This document shows positions 59,252 to 64,000 of a stretch of 64,000 nt of DNA, one piece after another. Position numbers and translations under genes: made by a program. The DNA is from an uncultured bacterium (GTDB lineage: Bacteria > Babelota > Babeliae > Babelales > Babelaceae): NCBI GenBank assembly GCA_963713855.1, contig OY970209.1, forward strand, positions 1,024,001 to 1,088,000, given 5' to 3'. The notes beneath the pieces are model-generated. The model had not been told where the DNA came from. It saw nothing but the letters and a program-made list of their open reading frames with translations, and searched no databases. The first letter of the stretch is position 1. Each line of letters starts with the position of its first letter.

Positions 59252-60722
59252 GGCTCAATGCGATTTGTCGCTCAATGTCGTACACCTCTTCGAGTTCGTT
59301 TTGATTGGTCATACATTCGAGTAGTGCGTAATATTCTGCTGAATCTTTGAGGATATTTTGGTGCTTTTCGATAGATTTAACAAATAATTGCTTAAATCGT
59401 TCTTGTTCTTCTAAAAGATACTCTACTGTTGTCTTTTCTCTTTTATCTTTTGGATAGTAGTGGTTAGATGTGAAAAATGCGCCGAAATCGATATCTATTT
59501 GGGTTTGGTTATTGTTTATTGGAAAGACGAGTTTTGTAACACCGAAAGAGACGGTTGTTAGGACAAGGTAGGCTCGCCAAAGCGAGAAGGGGCCTACTGG
59601 ATATCGGTTATGTGGAAGGCTTTTAAGTGTATTTTCTAAAGCGTCTATATCACTTAGCAAGCTTGAGGTTAAAAGATCAAAGAAGACCGACATAAGTATG
59701 ACATCACGCATTTTTTCTCTTAAGCGTTCGGTATATTCTGCTGTAGGATAATAGGGATCTTGTGTGTCTTTGCTGGAGTCTCTTTCTTCTTGGGTTTCGA
59801 TAGCAAGAATAGTTTCTTTTCTCAATAAGTTGCTAAACTCACGTAATAGGCTTAAAAACTCTTCATTAGGTCTTACTATAAGGTAAGCGAGAGTTCTTAA
59901 TTCTTGCCAGTCAAGCGGATTGGCTGTAGTATTTTCTTTTTTTTGTGCATTGAAAGCCGCGTCAAGTTCGGCAAGATAGTTATAGTCCAGTTCAGCCTGG
60001 TCTTCTGGTGCAAGCCAGTTTGGAATAAAGGCGATTGTGGTAAATCTGTTTAATAGTGCGGCGGCAGTGGAGCGTTGGCCGTTTTCGGTAAACTGTTGAT
60101 ATATTTCGTAGATATTGGAATTGCTTGTCGAAAGTATAGTTTCGAGTTCTGATATGATGACTTTGTTACCTGCCAATATTTTTCGTTCAATTAGTAGACT
60201 TAATAGCGCAGCTAAAGTTGCTGGATTTCCCTTATCGATTTCATCTATGAGTGCAACGCGAAAGTCTGCAAGAGACCCTTTAGTGTTGACTTCAAAGCGC
60301 CCTTCTTTAGCGGCAGTAAAATTTTGTCCGCCAACAAATACTTGTTCGTTCATCATCTGGTGCATCTGTAACTCGAAAGCGATCTCGTTATCTTGATCAT
60401 AGAGCCACTTAATGAATTTTGATTTTGCTCCCCCTGGTGGCCCATGAAGGAACATGTTTCCTTCCATAAGCCGGGTGATATGAAAAGCATGGTACACGGA
60501 ATCGAATTGTTTGAACTCTTTTTGAAAAAGAGCTTTTCTTCTACGTGCAATAGCTTGTGATTCTTGTAAGATTTTTTTTGAATGGTCTGTTAGCCCTTGA
60601 TAGTTTCCCTCGGTATCTCTTTTTATGTACTTTGTTGTATCTATTGAATCTAAAGCTGCTGCGCGCAACACCAGTAGTGCGCCAATCAAGCTTAATTTAC
60701 TAAAAGACGCGTGAATATTCAT
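59232..60722 (-). CDS. MoxR-family (RavA-like) AAA+ ATPase with signal-peptide-like N-terminus
   Basis: Walker A MFLHGPPGGAKS, Walker B ALIDEIDK, NPATLAALL.LL.ER, sensor STSN, Arg finger ALLNRF; overlaps the start of the vWA gene. Confidence 0.87.
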   Translation of the reverse strand: MNIHASFSKLSLIGALLVLRAAALDSIDTTKYIKRDTEGNYQGLTDHSKKILQESQAIARRRKALFQKEFKQFDSVYHAFHITRLMEGNMFLHGPPGGAKSKFIKWLYDQDNEIAFELQMHQMMNEQVFVGGQNFTAAKEGRFEVNTKGSLADFRVALIDEIDKGNPATLAALLSLLIERKILAGNKVIISELETILSTSNSNIYEIYQQFTENGQRSTAAALLNRFTTIAFIPNWLAPEDQAELDYNYLAELDAAFNAQKKENTTANPLDWQELRTLAYLIVRPNEEFLSLLREFSNLLRKETILAIETQEERDSSKDTQDPYYPTAEYTERLREKMRDVILMSVFFDLLTSSLLSDIDALENTLKSLPHNRYPVGPFSLWRAYLVLTTVSFGVTKLVFPINNNQTQIDIDFGAFFTSNHYYPKDKREKTTVEYLLEEQERFKQLFVKSIEKHQNILKDSAEYYALLECMTNQNELEEVYDIERQIALSHENEDE

Positions 60723-60873
60723 AAAGATCCTCGTCCGGCGCTGCGTACGCTGCATGCTTAACCTTCTTGCTTTCAAGAACGTAAGGATTTTATTTTTGTG
60801 CCGGCTCTCTAGTTTATCAATTTACTTATCTAAGCCAACTTCTTTTTTAGAAAACGCGCATTTTTAAACGATA

Positions 60874-62505
60874 TTATGTTGGTTCTAAGTGAATTTTGAG
60901 TGAAGATTGTAAAGATATATTTTCTAGTTGGTGTCGTTGATCATGGTCAACATACAAGTCAGTTAATGAAGTGATAGATGCTAGAGGTTGTAGGCTTTGT
61001 ATTGGATTGTGGGCAATACGGACTTCTGTCAGGTGTTTGAGTGATGAGAGTGGTGAGATGTCTTCTAGTTGATTATCGCTTAGATCAATTATTTTTATAT
61101 TTAGGTTTTTAAGTGGCTCAATGTTTTTGATTTTGTTGTTAGCCAATTTTAGCTCTTTTAAGTTTATAAGGTAGCGCAGTGGTGAGCTATCTATTATGGT
61201 GTTATTGCTTAGATTGAGTTTTTCAAGTTTTTCGAGTAAGCCTATGGGTTCTATGCTTTGTATTTTGTTACTATTAGATAATGTTAATGATGTCATTCGT
61301 CTCATGGTTGCAAAAGGCGTTTTGCCTGCCATTGTATATAGTGCGCTCAAAGTATTTTGTATTCTTTGTGGATACTTGTCTTTGTGGTTGATTATAACGC
61401 GCAGATAGTCATCTTTATGTATAGGAATGGCTAAAGAATCATCCCATCGCCATTCGTTATCATTTTGGAATAAGTCGTTTTCGAATTGTAAAGTATATCT
61501 TTGGGTCTTTGCATTACTGGCTTTTTTGTGCCTGACGAGCCTAAATCCTAAGGTTTTTCCAGTCGTGTCTTTGTAATAGATAGGTCTTACTACATTTTCG
61601 AGAGTGGTTTTACCCATTACAGCATAAGCTGAACTGAAGACAAGGCCGCTATACAGTTTTTCACTTTTTTTTGTGTAGAGCGTGGATGCGTCTCTTGTAA
61701 ACTCCCAGATTGTTCCTGTCTCCTCATCATTATCTGTGGTAGCGAATGTTGTTTTAAATGCTTTTAGTTTTGAGGTTTTTGAAGGCCATTGTTTTCCTAC
61801 GTTTGTTTGTAAGAAAGCCTCATATTCATTAATGGATGGGAGCATATAGGTATATTTTTCATTGTTTTGATTCATTTTACCAACAAGCTCTTCGATGGTG
61901 GTTAAAGAGGCGTAGGTCATGAAGTTATTTGGCTCCATAGTGATCGTTTTGTAATCTATTGTTATCTCTTGTGTGCCTTTGTGTTCGAGCTCTTCTGGCA
62001 ATTGGAGCATTATGGTTGCCCATTGGTATTCAGTGATTGGTGTTTCTGTTATTTCTATATCATCATCGATGTTAAAGTTTTCTTGGTTGAGGCTTTGATA
62101 CATTCCTGCGGGTATACGGGTAAAATGCATTGGTTTGTATAGGTCTTGGGTGTTTTTATGGGCCTTATCGCGCAATTGACTTTCCTTTTGAAATACCTTG
62201 AGCATTTTTTGGCACCATTTTTTTAGCTCTTTTTTATCTATTTTGTGCTTATAGAGCTCTACAATTTTATTGAGCTGCTTCCAATAGATAAATACGGTAT
62301 GAGAAGCATATGCTTGGGCTTTAGGTATTGGATTATAGAGGATTTGTTTTTCTAGTATTTTTTGAATGCTTTCTGTTTTGAGGATGTCTTTATTTGCTAA
62401 GCTTTCTAGGAATAGAAGGACTTTTTCGGTTTGTGGTTTGTTTGGTCCCGTTTTGGCAGTTGAAACAATGATAAGGCTTAGTATGAGAGCTGCGATAAGC
62501 TTCAT
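60874..62505 (-). CDS. FGE-sulfatase (SUMF1)-fold domain plus internalin-like LRR protein with signal peptide
   Basis: MHFTRIPAG, ETPITEYQW, Y.LPSINEYE, GTIWEFT, LGFRLVR; LxxLxLxxNxIxxxxPL repeats. Confidence 0.8.
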   Translation of the reverse strand: MKLIAALILSLIIVSTAKTGPNKPQTEKVLLFLESLANKDILKTESIQKILEKQILYNPIPKAQAYASHTVFIYWKQLNKIVELYKHKIDKKELKKWCQKMLKVFQKESQLRDKAHKNTQDLYKPMHFTRIPAGMYQSLNQENFNIDDDIEITETPITEYQWATIMLQLPEELEHKGTQEITIDYKTITMEPNNFMTYASLTTIEELVGKMNQNNEKYTYMLPSINEYEAFLQTNVGKQWPSKTSKLKAFKTTFATTDNDEETGTIWEFTRDASTLYTKKSEKLYSGLVFSSAYAVMGKTTLENVVRPIYYKDTTGKTLGFRLVRHKKASNAKTQRYTLQFENDLFQNDNEWRWDDSLAIPIHKDDYLRVIINHKDKYPQRIQNTLSALYTMAGKTPFATMRRMTSLTLSNSNKIQSIEPIGLLEKLEKLNLSNNTIIDSSPLRYLINLKELKLANNKIKNIEPLKNLNIKIIDLSDNQLEDISPLSSLKHLTEVRIAHNPIQSLQPLASITSLTDLYVDHDQRHQLENISLQSSLKIHLEPT

Positions 62506-62575
62506 GTTCTACTCACTTTTTTGGCTTTTTCGTTAATGAAGCTTATCGAAAAATTAAATTTGCACAAATCTGGCC

Positions 62576-63439
62576 TTAGCTTTTTAGTGCGCCGTGTTCT
62601 TTTAGTTGACGTAGTAACCCGCGGATTCTTTTTTCTTTAAAATGTATAGCGGTCATGCCTAATTTACGCGCTGCGTGTATGTTTTCTTCCTGGTCATCAA
62701 TAAATATGCATTCTTGTGGATTTAATTTTGCTTTATCAAGCAGCTCGTGGAAGAAGGCGGGATCGGGCTTTACCTTTTTTTCGAATCCTGAGATGAAGAT
62801 ATTTTCTTTTTTAAAATGACGGAATATGTGCCTCAATGAGTCATCGTAATACATGAGATCAAATGAATCTGGGTCCCAGTTTGAAGCGATGTATGATTCG
62901 ATATCTGGGTTATTCGCGCATTTTTGAAGAACTATTCGCATGAGTGGCAGTGGTTTCATATTTTTGGCATAGAGTTTTGGAGAGAACAACAATTTAAGTG
63001 ATTTTTGTAAAAATTGCTTTTCACTGTCGGTCCAATATTCTTTTTGTTGATCGAGGAGTCTGAATGATTCTTTGAGTGTTTCTTTGCTTGAAATTTTGCC
63101 TTCTAGCCAGTCGGTCATGCGTACTGGTAGTAATCGTCCGCCTGGTTCTTTTACTCCTATCTCATTTACGCCGGAATAATCTTCTTCTAGAACATTAAAT
63201 AATCTTTCGGTCAGAAGGCCTTGCATGCCTTTGCCGTGCTGAAGATAGAGTTTCATGCATTGACCGAGACCAAGATAATTGGCAATGCTTAGCTTTCTGG
63301 GCTTTACGAGCGTATATCCAAGGTCCCAGATGATTGCTTTTTTCTTGATCGTGCTGGTATTTCCAATCCCGCTGATTATGGCACATGGTCCGCTTATTAA
63401 CGCGCAGGTCAACACAACGTTCGTCACTATTTTTTTCAT
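62576..63439 (-). CDS. HAD-IA family hydrolase with signal peptide
   Basis: IIWDLGYTL, IASNW, KPDPAFF, CIFIDDQEENI.AARKLGM. Confidence 0.87.
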   Translation of the reverse strand: MKKIVTNVVLTCALISGPCAIISGIGNTSTIKKKAIIWDLGYTLVKPRKLSIANYLGLGQCMKLYLQHGKGMQGLLTERLFNVLEEDYSGVNEIGVKEPGGRLLPVRMTDWLEGKISSKETLKESFRLLDQQKEYWTDSEKQFLQKSLKLLFSPKLYAKNMKPLPLMRIVLQKCANNPDIESYIASNWDPDSFDLMYYDDSLRHIFRHFKKENIFISGFEKKVKPDPAFFHELLDKAKLNPQECIFIDDQEENIHAARKLGMTAIHFKEKRIRGLLRQLKEHGALKS

Positions 63440-64000
63440 ATTTTTTATTTTCGCTTGATTGATGTGAAAAATTATAGCTTATTAGCCATCGTAATGACAA
63501 AGGTAGATTTGAAAATGTTAAAGTCTGGATAAATGTGTTGTTTGTGTGCTATTTGAGGTAGTTTGTGAAAAACTTTTTCTTTTCTTTTTTTGAGAGCAGA
63601 TTATTTTTATATTTTTTGTTTTCTGATGGTTTTTGCTCTGAATCTTTTATTATTGTTTTTTTTTAATTATTGATCGAAAGAATGGGTCTCCCGTTCGTCC
63701 TTTTTAGAAGGAGCGTGCCTGTCGCCCCATCTTTCGTGGGTGCTTTGGGGCAGGTTCTGGCTGAGGATTTGGTGAGTCTTTTTTCTTGTAGGAGCTTAGG
63801 TGATGGAGGCCCTTAGCGGGCCCCACGTGTGGTTTTTTGCGGTCTTTACGCGTTGTGAGGGTGCATTCTATAGGTTATTACCTGTGTTATTCGAGTGGAT
63901 ATTTGAGTGAGGGTATTGTATACGACAGTTGTGGGTATTCGTATGTATTGTGGCACATATACTATGTTTGGCGGAGTGGCCTTTTTTATATGTAGATAAA

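Noticed and set aside
60874..62505. FGE-sulfatase (C-type-lectin-like) domain as a diversity-generating retroelement target
   Set aside because: No reverse transcriptase and no template/variable repeat pair seen in the window; the domain is internal and followed by LRRs.
415..63500. The many 60-170 aa ORF-track entries antisense to or nested within called genes
   Set aside because: They are shadows of well-supported genes and have no independent signals.

Overview
A gene-dense, AT-rich bacterial window with no recognisable rRNA, tRNA, CRISPR array or IS element. The content points to an intracellular parasite of protists, most likely Candidatus Dependentiae/Babeliae (TM6); this is an inference from the ankyrin and Sel1-like proteins and the many signal-peptide ORFs. 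Recognisable genes include sodA, EamA and APC transporters, a PRTase-prs-erythromycin-esterase operon, AlaX, an isopentenyl-phosphate-kinase-like enzyme, a divergent zwf, a DEAD-box helicase, a Csp-type Cu-storage protein, a hemerythrin-like protein, GT32 plus manC, HdeD, Bet, DoxX, photolyase, LemA/DUF2207, an ABC-2 exporter, ogt and tag. Highlights: (1) a three-gene locus at 56.1-62.5 kb encoding an FGE-sulfatase-fold+LRR protein, a RavA-like MoxR AAA+ ATPase and a transglutaminase-vWA (ViaA-like) fusion, all with signal-peptide-like N-termini and lying in a compositionally skewed segment; (2) three dispersed ~1100-aa membrane-anchored paralogues, each with exactly 21 beta-propeller repeats, plus a tandem pair of 3-blade mini versions; (3) many normally cytoplasmic enzymes with signal peptides; (4) candidate host effectors (ART-like+ankyrin, NLS+ankyrin+F-box-like, truncated RING, 6-Cys peptides); (5) collapsed toxin-antitoxin remnants. 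Three genes carry frameshifts that may be consensus errors. All calls come from reading motifs by eye; no searches were run.
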